From an uncultured Pirellulales bacterium (GTDB taxonomy: Bacteria > Planctomycetota > Phycisphaerae > Sedimentisphaerales > Anaerobacaceae): DNA of 64,000 nt. A program made the translations under genes and the position numbers. The notes beneath the pieces were generated by a model. That model saw only the letters and a list, made by a program, of their open reading frames with translations. It was not told where the DNA came from and did not search any database. The stretch spans positions 5,067 through 69,066 of the forward strand of contig CAYHAJ010000294.1 in NCBI GenBank assembly GCA_964354535.1, given 5' to 3'. Within the stretch, counting starts at the first letter, position 1, and each line of letters opens with the position of its first letter. Shown one piece after another: positions 54,959 through 63,676 of this stretch.

Positions 54959-56254
54959 ATGTCAAGGAAAATGAAAATCGCGGAGCGGGCGGCGGCGGCG
55001 AAGGCGGCCTCGATTCGGCTGGGGGCCGTCAAGACCGAGGCGAAGAACGACGCTCTGACCGAGATCGCGAAGGCGTTGCAGGAGCATGCGGCCCAGATCT
55101 TTGAGGCGAATGAGCGGGACGTGGAAGCGGCCCAGACGAGCGGTCTGGCCGCCCCGCTGCTCAAGCGGCTGAGGTTCGGCGAAGGCAAGCTCGCCGACGT
55201 CTGTGCCGGCATCCACAGCCTGATCAAGCTGCCCGACCCGGTGGGTAAGACGCTCTCCGCCATCGAAATGGATGAGGGCCTGGAGCTTTACCGCGTCAGT
55301 TGCCCAATCGGCGTGATCGGCGTGGTCTTCGAATCCCGCCCGGACGCCCTGGTGCAGATCTCGACCCTGTGCCTCAAGAGCGGCAACGCCGTCCTGCTCA
55401 AAGGCGGCAGCGAAGCGGCCCACACGAACCAGATCCTCGCCGAGATCATCGCCCAGGCCAGCGAGGCGGCCGGCACGCCCGCCGGCTGGATTCACCTGCT
55501 CGAAACCCGCCAGGATGTCGCCGAGATGCTCGCCCTCGACGAGCAGATCAACCTCGTCATCCCGCGCGGCTCGAACGAGTTCGTCCGCTACATCATGAAC
55601 CACACGAACATCCCGGTCCTCGGCCACGCCGATGGCATCTGCCACGTCTACGTGGACGCCGACGCCGACCTCGACATGGCGGTGCGGGTCACCGTCGATT
55701 CCAAGTGCCAGTACGTCGCCGTCTGCAACGCCGCCGAGACGCTGCTGGTGGATGAAAAGATCGCCCCCGCCTTCCTGCCCCAGGTCCAGCCAGCCCTGGA
55801 GGCCTGCCACTGCCGGCTCAAGGGCTGCGAGCGGACGCGGGCGATCATCCCCATCGAGCCCACCACCGAGGAGGACTGGGCCACCGAGTACCTCGACTAC
55901 ATCCTCTCGATCCGGGTCGTGGACGGCCTGGACGCCGCGATCGACCACATCAACCGCTACGGCTCCGGCCACACCGACACCATCGTCACCGCCGACCGCG
56001 AGAAGGCCGAGCGCTTCATGAACCTCGTCGATTCCGCCGACGTCTTCTGGAATGCCAGCACCCGTTTCAGCGACGGCTACCGCTACGGCTTAGGCGCCGA
56101 AGTCGGCATCAGCACCAACAAAATCCACACCAGAGGCCCCGTCGGCTTGGACGGCTTAGTCATCTATAAGTGGAAGCTCCTCGGCAAAGGCCAGATCGTC
56201 GCCGATTACACCGGTCCCAACGCCAGGAAATTTACCCATAAGAAACTGCGCTAA
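54959..56254 (+). CDS. proA: Gamma-glutamyl phosphate reductase
   Basis: The 431-aa product is colinear with ProA (ANERDV, PIGVIGVVFESRPDA, LKGGSEA, VIPRGSNEFV, GHADGICHVYVD, CNAAETLLV, GSGHTD.IVT, FWNASTRFSDG..YG.GAEVGIST.K.H.RGP). Confidence 0.95.
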   Translation: MSRKMKIAERAAAAKAASIRLGAVKTEAKNDALTEIAKALQEHAAQIFEANERDVEAAQTSGLAAPLLKRLRFGEGKLADVCAGIHSLIKLPDPVGKTLSAIEMDEGLELYRVSCPIGVIGVVFESRPDALVQISTLCLKSGNAVLLKGGSEAAHTNQILAEIIAQASEAAGTPAGWIHLLETRQDVAEMLALDEQINLVIPRGSNEFVRYIMNHTNIPVLGHADGICHVYVDADADLDMAVRVTVDSKCQYVAVCNAAETLLVDEKIAPAFLPQVQPALEACHCRLKGCERTRAIIPIEPTTEEDWATEYLDYILSIRVVDGLDAAIDHINRYGSGHTDTIVTADREKAERFMNLVDSADVFWNASTRFSDGYRYGLGAEVGISTNKIHTRGPVGLDGLVIYKWKLLGKGQIVADYTGPNARKFTHKKLR

Positions 56255-56456
56255 CGGAACCGCAGATGAACGCAGATTCACGCAGATACTGGTATGTCAT
56301 TGCGAGCGAAGCGCGGCAATCTGCCGCTTTCTTCAACCACGGGGGGCACGGAGGTTCTGTAACCGCGAAATACGCCAAAGACGCGAACAAGGACATGGCG
56401 AGGTGTAAGGCGAGGTTTACCGTACCGATTCTCTTGTGCAATCGAGGTTAGTATCG

Positions 56457-56747
56457 ATGGGCATATCGGAAATCATCGGCGATAAGCGCGACGCGATCCT
56501 GGCCCTGGCGGCCAAGTACGGGGCGTCGAACGTAAGGGTCTTTGGATCAGTCGCGGAAGGCGAGGCGACGGAGGCCAGCGACGTGGATTTCCTCGTGGAT
56601 CTGGAGCCGGACCGCAGCCTGTTCGATCTCGGCGGCCTGCTCATGGACCTGCAGGAACTGCTCAGCCGCAGAGTGGATGTGGTCACCGAACCAGCATTGC
56701 ACTGGTATATCCGCGAACGGGTGTTGCACCAAGCGAGAGCGTTATGA
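56457..56747 (+). CDS. mntA: MntA-type nucleotidyltransferase antitoxin
   Basis: ATG 56457. The product has [36 protein letters not shown], the minimal NTase GS...D.D motif. It overlaps the next gene by 4 nt. Confidence 0.85.
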   Translation: MGISEIIGDKRDAILALAAKYGASNVRVFGSVAEGEATEASDVDFLVDLEPDRSLFDLGGLLMDLQELLSRRVDVVTEPALHWYIRERVLHQARAL

Positions 56748-57085
56748 AGGACGACAAGCTATATCTGATCCATATCGGCGAATGCATCGATCGCGTCGAG
56801 TCCTACACACAGGGACTGACGAAGGAAGCCTTCCTGGCTTCCTCGCTCGTGCAGGACGCCGTGATCCGGAATCTGCAGGTCTTGGCCGAGTCCACGCAGC
56901 GTCTGTCCGCCCGTGCCAAGGAGAGCCAGCCCCGAATCGACTGGCACAGGATTGCCGGCTTTCGCAATATCCTCGTCCACGACTACCTCGGAGTCGATCT
57001 CGCGAAGGTCTGGAATATCGTGCAAAACGACCTACCGTTTCTGAAGGAAGTCGTAGGCGAGATGTTGGGAGGGAACGTTTCATGA
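56744..57085 (+). CDS. hepT: HepT-type HEPN (DUF86) toxin
   Basis: The product has [12 protein letters not shown] and the R-x4-H motif ([10 protein letters not shown]). Confidence 0.85.
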   Translation: MKDDKLYLIHIGECIDRVESYTQGLTKEAFLASSLVQDAVIRNLQVLAESTQRLSARAKESQPRIDWHRIAGFRNILVHDYLGVDLAKVWNIVQNDLPFLKEVVGEMLGGNVS

Positions 57086-57150
57086 ACCTCGTCGATTCCG
57101 CCGACGTCTTCTGGAACGCCAGGGAGTTTACCCACAAGAAGCTGCGATGA
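57079..57150 (+). pseudogene. proA: Internally deleted duplicate of the proA 3-prime end
   Basis: 57079-57122 equals proA 56015-56058 (ttcatgaacctcgtcgattccgccgacgtcttctggaa[tc]gccag) with 1 mismatch. 57121-57150 (agggagtttacccacaagaagctgcgatga) matches the proA tail 56224-56254. The translation is [22 protein letters not shown]. Confidence 0.7.
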
Positions 57151-57554
57151 TGGTAGTATCCATGAGCAGGTGCAAGATAACAGACAAGGAGAGACGGCCA
57201 TTGACTTCAAGTCGGACCCGTCCGAAGAAGCGAGCCGCGCCGAAGGATGAGCCGATCCGCAAGATGGTGCGGCGGATCGTCAGGCGGTTTGCCCCGGACA
57301 AGATCATCCTGTTCGGCTCCTACGCGCGCGGAGAGGCGGGCCCTGACAGCGATGTGGACCTGCTCATCGTCATGCCCGTCTCCGGCTCGATCCGTCAGAT
57401 GGCGGTGGAAATCGGGGTCGCTCTGCACGACATCCGCGTGCCCAAGGACGTGATCGTCACCACGCCGGAGGAATTTGAATGGCGAAAGGACACGATCGGG
57501 ACCATCGAATGGCCGGCCTGGCGGGAAGGAACGGTCTTGTATGCCAAATCCTGA
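57147..57554 (+). CDS. Nucleotidyltransferase-domain (MNT-type) protein; start uncertain
   Basis: IILFGSYARGEAGPDSDVDLLIVMP is the NTP_transf_2 motif. There is a basic N-terminal extension. The stop overlaps the remnant HEPN start region. Confidence 0.75.
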   Translation: MMVVSMSRCKITDKERRPLTSSRTRPKKRAAPKDEPIRKMVRRIVRRFAPDKIILFGSYARGEAGPDSDVDLLIVMPVSGSIRQMAVEIGVALHDIRVPKDVIVTTPEEFEWRKDTIGTIEWPAWREGTVLYAKS

Positions 57555-57672
57555 CCACGCCGCCGTCGTCGCGCGCGAATGGATCGCCAAGGCCGACAAC
57601 GACCTGAAGAACGCGACCCCCTCTCCATCCGTGCGTTGGTCTTCCATTTCATCTTGGTTCGGGTATAATTGA
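57541..57672 (+). pseudogene. Truncated HEPN-domain partner of the second MNT
   Basis: MPNPDHAAVVAREWIAKADNDLKNA resembles the first helix of HEPN (PF05168-type) proteins. It then runs into unrelated sequence and stops after 43 codons; full-length partners are about 120-130 aa. Confidence 0.5.
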
Positions 57673-57738
57673 CTTCGTGCTCACAGGAAAGCCGCTTTGG
57701 GCTTATCGAAGGCGGCAACGACGCATGCGAGGTAAACG

Positions 57739-57957
57739 GTGAGACAGAACGAATACCATCCCGGCTGGGATGAAGACCGGGTCCAACGGGTGATGGCTCA
57801 CTACGAGCAGCAAAGCGAAGAAGAGGCCGTGGCCGAGGACGAGGCCGCCTTTGAGGGGGAAGATACCACCCTCATGGAAATCCCCAAGGACCTGGTCCCC
57901 ACCGTCCGCGAGATGATCGCGGATTACGAGAAGACCAAGAAAGCAAAGAGCGCGTAG
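57739..57957 (+). CDS. Small acidic hypothetical protein (72 aa)
   Basis: GTG start. The acidic, helical product reads GWDEDRVQRVMAHYEQQSEEEAVAEDEAAFE...MEIPKDLVPTVREMIA. It looks like a small antitoxin-like orphan. This is a weak call. Confidence 0.4.
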   Translation: MRQNEYHPGWDEDRVQRVMAHYEQQSEEEAVAEDEAAFEGEDTTLMEIPKDLVPTVREMIADYEKTKKAKSA

Positions 57958-58245
57958 TCAATTTCGGCGCTCCCCCTGCCAGAACCGTTCCCGAATTCGC
58001 TCAACACGCTGCCAAGGCCGGACGGGCAAGCCGTGAAATGCAGATAAGGCGTCAAGCGATATCTCTAATCCATAAATGTACCTGACACCTTTAATTCACC
58101 CTTTAATTCACCTCCTTTAATTCGCCCAACTTATCACTTCTCACCTGTCACGTATCACTCCTATCCCTTCGACAGGCTCAGGACAGGCTTGACAACGACT
58201 TGCTCATAGATGTCCCCGGAAGCTTAAGCCCAGGAACGCCCTCCC

Positions 58246-58908
58246 TCACACATGGCACACACTCCAAATATTGTGCGCGTGTGCCAACACACATAACAGG
58301 TTGTTTGCAGCCTTAACTGGCTCCCTTTTCAGACGCTGAAACACAAACGTTGCGAGTGATCGCCCCGCGTGGCGGCGGGCCTTTTTGCGGAAATTCCGTA
58401 CCCCAGACCTGGCGTCTCGCCCCGCAACCATTACATCAAGAGCTATGGAGCAGGATTCCTCAAATCCACAATAAGCTGTGCCTGACTTCCTATTGATGAC
58501 CATGTCAAAGGTTGTTCTGAAACCGAAAAAAGAAGACGCTGGCGGCCGTCCAGACGCACAGACGACGTGGTGGAAAAGCTTCTGTGAATGACAGCATATT
58601 GTGTAGACCCGTCGAGAGGCCAGTAGGGAGCAATTTGTCCGATCAACCATTGGGCGGCGCTTAGATCGTAACAGGGCACCGTCCTTGCGGCGGCCATGGC
58701 ACCAGAACGCAACCAACCATATGTCGCGATCTCCGGCCAAGACTGTTCGAATTGTGGCCTTATCGGCATCTGAACACAACGCGACATCAAAAACACCGGA
58801 CGATTTTCCGCATTTTTCGGCTGCCACGGTTGCCCATCTCGACAATTCTCTCTCGACTAGATCCCCTGTGTCACCTGCGCAGATAAAGACTACCAGTCTT
58901 CTCCCCAT
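58246..58908 (-). CDS. Hypothetical 220-aa protein with caspase/CHAT-like His...Cys arrangement
   Basis: ATG 58908 is preceded by GGAGG. A hydrophobic strand plus HG (IWLVAFWCHG, His71) comes first. About 30 aa later a second strand ends in Cys (RVYTICCHS, Cys105/106). An N-terminal strand reads RLVVFICAGD. The DNA is AT-richer. This is a fold-level guess only. Confidence 0.65.
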   Translation of the reverse strand: MGRRLVVFICAGDTGDLVERELSRWATVAAEKCGKSSGVFDVALCSDADKATIRTVLAGDRDIWLVAFWCHGRRKDGALLRSKRRPMVDRTNCSLLASRRVYTICCHSQKLFHHVVCASGRPPASSFFGFRTTFDMVINRKSGTAYCGFEESCSIALDVMVAGRDARSGVRNFRKKARRHAGRSLATFVFQRLKREPVKAANNLLCVLAHAHNIWSVCHV

Positions 58909-58970
58909 CTCGACGAACCTCCATCATGCACAATTCATAGTCAAAGAGGACCTTCGGCCCAACCATCGAC

Positions 58971-59663
58971 CTACTTCCTCTTGGGCTTTCGCTCTTTCCC
59001 TTTGGCTCTTTGCCCCATCCGGTTCTTTCTGACACGCTCTATTTCATGGAGGAAATCCTCTGGATCTAGAAAAAAACTGTACAGAAGCTTAGTGAACTGC
59101 TTCATGTATCTGCGGCCACGGCTCGTTTGTTGTGCTATGTCTCGGAGAAGTGCACCGCTGCGGATTTGCTTGGGACCGGCCATAAGAATCGCAGCTTCTT
59201 CATCCTCCTGTGGCTCCGCCTCTCGCAGAACCTCCACAACAGCATCATAAAGCAAACCTTCACCCTCCGAAAGAGCATTCCTGATGGCATCAAACAACAA
59301 ATTATGGTCTTTTCTGAAATCGGCTTTGTGGATGTACTTATCTAGTTTACCTTTGTTCACAGCTCTTGATATATCCTCCGTGTGAGCTTCGGACTCAAGC
59401 ATGATCTTGCGGACGCCTGGGTAGTACCTCTCCAAGTACTGCAACAGTTGCGAACCACGTTCTCCGGCGCCAAGGTTTTCATCAACAATAACAACTCGCG
59501 TGAGTAAATCTCGCGCACGACACTTGCGAAGGGTCTCCTTTGCTTGTTCGGCAGATTCAACCGCCTCAACTTTGTAGTCTGGGAACTCGTCTTCCAGCAG
59601 GGCCAATACGCCTGTGCGCACGCCAGGGTCGTCCTCCACAAACAATATGTGGTCCTGAATCAT
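58971..59663 (-). CDS. Response-regulator receiver (REC) protein with unrecognised C-terminal domain and basic tail
   Basis: ILFVEDD, VVIVDENL (phospho-acceptor Asp context), IMLES and DKYIHK are present. The C-terminal 110 aa or so have no evident HTH and end in KGKERKPKRK. The start overlaps the kinase stop (ATGA). Confidence 0.85.
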   Translation of the reverse strand: MIQDHILFVEDDPGVRTGVLALLEDEFPDYKVEAVESAEQAKETLRKCRARDLLTRVVIVDENLGAGERGSQLLQYLERYYPGVRKIMLESEAHTEDISRAVNKGKLDKYIHKADFRKDHNLLFDAIRNALSEGEGLLYDAVVEVLREAEPQEDEEAAILMAGPKQIRSGALLRDIAQQTSRGRRYMKQFTKLLYSFFLDPEDFLHEIERVRKNRMGQRAKGKERKPKRK

Positions 59664-62632
59664 GTCTCCACCCCCCTAGTTGGAATACTCACTTCCACAA
59701 TGGTTCCTTTCGTGCTCGACGAGACTATGCGAAGAGTTCCACGATGTGCCTCTACTATCGCTTCTACAATCTCCAGACCCCTGGAAGGATGAGGTGATCC
59801 CGAGCCTTGCGGCATCCCACGCAAGATTGACGACCGAATCCGGGCAGGAAGCCCTCCGCCCTCGTCTGCAATTCGTACAGCGACACGATTGGCTTTCTGC
59901 GTTACATCGACTGTGACGGTTCCTCGGCCAGCCATTGCCTCAACCGCATTCCTTATGAGGTTTATCCAAACAAGCCTAAGCGATTCAGCATACGAAGGTA
60001 TCTTCGGCAAATGCGGTATGGGTTTCTCTAGGCGAATGTTCGTACTCGACGGCACGCAACTGGCCACAATGCGAATACTAGCAGCGATACTCTCTCCCAA
60101 GTCCACAGGTGTCCTCATTGTCTGGTCTAGCACGGAGTTCAATAGCAGACCGGTCTCGATCCCGCTCAAGGTCTTTTCCGTCTCCGCTAGCTTCTGGAGT
60201 TTGGAGAGCAAGTTCGCAAGGTTCGTGAGGCGTTGCAGCACCATGGCATCCTCAGTCGTCTGTGCTGAGTCGATCAACCGCAAGAACTTTTTGTCAAGAC
60301 CGGATACAACGAAGAGCATGGCATCGTCCCAACTACACTTTAGTCTGTGTTTCTGGCCGATGGCTACAATCTTGTCGGCTAAGTCCCGCTCATCAGTAGA
60401 AGGTGCCACCGAGGGCAGTAGCACCGCATCAAACAGATGATCATGTATTTCCTGGGACAGCCGCCCAAAACCAGGGCCACCAGAAGATCCCAACTCAGAC
60501 TCACTGACCTTCAAGTACAATGGTAACCTGCTCTTCAGATACTCGATGGTCACATGCAGGGCAAGTTTGCAATTATTGAATTCGTGCGCTATGTGGCCCG
60601 CAAATTCAAGCGCGGCCTTCTTTCTCTGTGCTGCCACCAGAGACACGTACTCTTCGGCCGCATACATGCTCAACGAAGCATATCGTCCAAATGAGGCCAG
60701 GAGAGACATCTCATAAGCTGTTTCCGGCTGTGTGCTCCCAGAACCAATAGGGACTCCTTTGTCCACGGAGACCTTGCCGTAGACCTTACAACCCGTGCCG
60801 ATAGGAATGTCCACCCAGCTCCGTATCTTGTCCTTCCCAAGGTATTTTGCACATGCTGGTGGTACCTCATTGAGACAACAGGTTTGGTAGTTCCATTCAA
60901 CCTCCTCGGGAGGTATGTAGAATGTCTCGCGCTGAGAAGTGTCCACCACGAATCGGACTGGCCGCAACTTTCCGTCTTGTAGCGTAACGCGCGACGGGAC
61001 ATCCTCCGCAGGATCCAAGTGAAACCGTCTGAAGTCCTCGCCTTTGAAAGAATCGGCGGGGAAGCAGAACTTACCAACAAAACACGGGGAGTTGTAGCCA
61101 TATACTCGGTATCTCGAAAAACCCATTGCCTTGAGTCCAAGCCCAACATGTTCCCAAAGATGATCGGCTATTTCCTGAGGCGATCGGACATGTTTGCTCA
61201 ATCTCTCTTGATACACTTGAGACAGTATGTTCAGGGTATCAGCCATCCATCGCAGCATGCTTTCACGCTGCGTAACGTATCGAACGATCTCCACGCCTTG
61301 GGGTTCTTCCTCATCAATGTCGATACGTCCGGCGGATATCTCAACGTAAGAAGGCCCCTCAGTGCCAGGGGCCCCGTACTTCCACAGAGCCTGTTGGACA
61401 GATTCTCCGGTGTCAATAGAACGAAGCGTGTAACATGCGGTACACGGAGAACTCTTACCACGCTCAAACTGCTCATAACAGAACTGCCCCTCACGGGCAT
61501 CGGGAAACCTCTGCCTCTTCGCGCTATTCATCTTCAGGATACGACCTTCTTTGTCTACAATAAGGAGTTCGTCCGGTATGGCATCTATGACTTTCTCCAA
61601 GTAGGTTCGCTCCTTAACTAGTGTTGATCTCGCCTGGGCATTCGCAAATATGGGGGCCATCTGTGCTCCGAGGACGCAAAGCGCCCGAACCGCCAGTGTG
61701 TCGAAAGCCTCAGACATTCGCGAATCTACGCTCAGAACTCCATAAAGATCCTCGCCATACAGACAAGGTACTGCAACATGCGAACGAGTCCCTCGAATAA
61801 GATCGCGATACTCGGCATCGACATCCGGCGGAGCTTTGCCTTCAGACTCCGCCCATGAGTGCAGCCATGCGTTCTTGTCAGCCTTGCTCAGAGTCAATCT
61901 GTGCTCTCTCGCTCGCCTTTTGGAGGCGTCACTGACGTCTCCGACAAAATCAGAGAACCTTAACGTGAGAGCGCTGCCATCTGTGCCTCCATGATGTGCA
62001 GTCCTGAAGTTTGCTGAGACGTTTGTGTCTTTTGAAAAAAGGGTATATCGGTCATCTCCGACGACATTCTCAAGGTATGCTCGCACGCCCTCTGAGAGGA
62101 CGACCTTCTCAAGGTATGCTCGCACGACCTCTGAGAGCGTGGGTGTCGCAGTCAGAAAATGGCGACGATGGAGAACCATGAATTGCAGAGGAATCAGCGC
62201 ATTGCGACCGTCACCAGGCCGGAAGCCTGTCGCTGCCACTTTTGCAATGCAACCTGCAAGATAAGCATCATATTCCCCCAAATGCTTCCCCTCTGGCGGC
62301 CACAAGGTCAACAGGCCGACAGGACGGTCATGAAGATAAAGGGGAACCATCACGGACCCAGGATCTAAAGATGCTGGCTCCTCCACCGCCGACCGAAGAC
62401 CACCGCACACAGGCTGCCCGTTGAATAAGACTCCGCGTAGGAATGCCTGGCGCTGCTTCGATTCGTCATCAACTCGCTCGCATTTGTATCCTCTCAAGAA
62501 ATGCCACTGAGTCCCAAACACCTCTAGTTTGCGGTCAAAGAGGTGCACGCAGTGCCTCTCAAAATCGCTGACTTCATTTGCGAGCAGAACAACCGCCTGA
62601 AGGTAGTCGGTGAGTACTCCGAATCTCTTCAT
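59660..62632 (-). CDS. Large cytoplasmic multi-sensor histidine kinase (GAF-like/PAS-like sensor regions + HisKA + HATPase_c)
   Basis: The H-box is FAGHIAHEFNN, the N-box LIRNAVEAM, G1 RIADEGGGL and G2 SRGLEIV. About 650 aa of N-terminal sensor region carry PAS-like (IDAIPDELLIVDKEGRILKMN) and GAF-like segments. No TM helices are evident. Confidence 0.9.
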   Translation of the reverse strand: MKRFGVLTDYLQAVVLLANEVSDFERHCVHLFDRKLEVFGTQWHFLRGYKCERVDDESKQRQAFLRGVLFNGQPVCGGLRSAVEEPASLDPGSVMVPLYLHDRPVGLLTLWPPEGKHLGEYDAYLAGCIAKVAATGFRPGDGRNALIPLQFMVLHRRHFLTATPTLSEVVRAYLEKVVLSEGVRAYLENVVGDDRYTLFSKDTNVSANFRTAHHGGTDGSALTLRFSDFVGDVSDASKRRAREHRLTLSKADKNAWLHSWAESEGKAPPDVDAEYRDLIRGTRSHVAVPCLYGEDLYGVLSVDSRMSEAFDTLAVRALCVLGAQMAPIFANAQARSTLVKERTYLEKVIDAIPDELLIVDKEGRILKMNSAKRQRFPDAREGQFCYEQFERGKSSPCTACYTLRSIDTGESVQQALWKYGAPGTEGPSYVEISAGRIDIDEEEPQGVEIVRYVTQRESMLRWMADTLNILSQVYQERLSKHVRSPQEIADHLWEHVGLGLKAMGFSRYRVYGYNSPCFVGKFCFPADSFKGEDFRRFHLDPAEDVPSRVTLQDGKLRPVRFVVDTSQRETFYIPPEEVEWNYQTCCLNEVPPACAKYLGKDKIRSWVDIPIGTGCKVYGKVSVDKGVPIGSGSTQPETAYEMSLLASFGRYASLSMYAAEEYVSLVAAQRKKAALEFAGHIAHEFNNCKLALHVTIEYLKSRLPLYLKVSESELGSSGGPGFGRLSQEIHDHLFDAVLLPSVAPSTDERDLADKIVAIGQKHRLKCSWDDAMLFVVSGLDKKFLRLIDSAQTTEDAMVLQRLTNLANLLSKLQKLAETEKTLSGIETGLLLNSVLDQTMRTPVDLGESIAASIRIVASCVPSSTNIRLEKPIPHLPKIPSYAESLRLVWINLIRNAVEAMAGRGTVTVDVTQKANRVAVRIADEGGGLPARIRSSILRGMPQGSGSPHPSRGLEIVEAIVEAHRGTLRIVSSSTKGTIVEVSIPTRGVET

Positions 62633-63210
62633 GATGACCGGTCCCCAGTTCGCACAGTCGTCAGCCTATACGAGCCCGTCAGCCGGCGGCAATTGCGCAA
62701 AATACACATTTTGGGATAGGCAAGACACGAAAGAGAACAAGACGCCTCACTGCATAGCACCCTCGCTGGACAACTCCTGTGCCCTCGGGACAAGCGAAAA
62801 TGCCCGCCAGTTCTTCCCTCAGGATGACTAATGCGTTGTCGCCATCGTAGGCTTTGTTCCGTGTAGCGAATTCTGCGAACACCACATTGCCAAGCTTCCC
62901 AGGCCACCATGCTCATCCGGCTCTCTCAGGCCTCAACCACTTTGTCACAGCTTCGTCCAAGATGCTCATCCACAGATAGTAGAGGTATTATGGCGGAAGT
63001 TGGCGGCAAGGGCAAGAAAAAAAGTGGGTTCGTGACTACTTTTTAGTGGACAGATGACGGTTGTCAATTCTCGGCCAGACCTTGCAGGCGCAGACCCCCC
63101 TTATATCCCCGTGTTCATACGTATGGCGATTCTCTCCGAGAGAATGTTGATGGAAAAAACGGTAGGCGGTAGGCTCTAGACGGTAGTCGGTTGACGAGCA
63201 GATCACAGTT

Positions 63211-63263
63211 GACAGTTCTCGCCCCGGATCGCCGTCCGGGGTGACATGGTTGCCAGTTGAAAA
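63211..63263 (+). repeat. Hairpin repeat family 4, second copy
   Basis: See 48176-48227. Confidence 0.75.
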
Positions 63264-63424
63264 CGCGTGTAAATCCCTGTCCAATAAGGCTTTATCTGCG
63301 GATGATAGGCGGTAGCCGGTAGCCTGTAGTCGGTGGTCGGTGGAAGACAGGGGTCGGGGATCAGGGGCCAGTTGCCGGCTCCCAATTCGCCTCGGCTCGG
63401 AGGCTCCGCGCGAGTTGGTTGTGG

Positions 63425-63676
63425 TCACGCGGGGACTTTGACCTTTTCGTAGAGGAACTCCGGAGCGAAATCGGCACCGTTCGGCCAAGTGATCGTATGC
63501 AGGTCAGGATGAACCTGGAAACTCCGGAAATAGGCTTCGTCTTTGAGAGGCTCGAAGACTTCGCCTTCCAGTTCGTTTTGCAGGTCGATATCCCCCTCGG
63601 CGCCATCCGCGAACTCGACGTGGATCGTGTAGTCCCTGACGTATTCAGCTTCGATCACTCGCGGCAGCATTTTCAT
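63425..63676 (-). CDS. DUF2442 domain protein
   Basis: ATG 63676 overlaps the upstream stop (TAATG). The product has PRVIEAEYVRDYTIHVEFADGAEGDIDL...L.DEAYF..F.V......I.WPNGADFAPEFLY. Confidence 0.8.
   Translation of the reverse strand: MKMLPRVIEAEYVRDYTIHVEFADGAEGDIDLQNELEGEVFEPLKDEAYFRSFQVHPDLHTITWPNGADFAPEFLYEKVKVPA

Noticed and set aside
47935-57150. Chromosomal integron cassette array
   Set aside because: No intI gene or Pc/attI region is in the window. The bracketing repeats belong to different families and do not show the RYYYAAC...GTTRRRY attC signature. The cassettes carry their own promoters and face both directions.
62629-62916. Small ORFs upstream of the kinase gene (95 aa and 68 aa)
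   Set aside because: They have no RBS and no motifs, they overlap each other, and they sit in the likely promoter or leader region of the kinase operon.
63036-63488. 150-aa minus-strand ORF
   Set aside because: It is composed almost entirely of translated intergenic repeats (the ggtagtcggt and family-4 hairpin elements) and overlaps the DUF2442 gene end.
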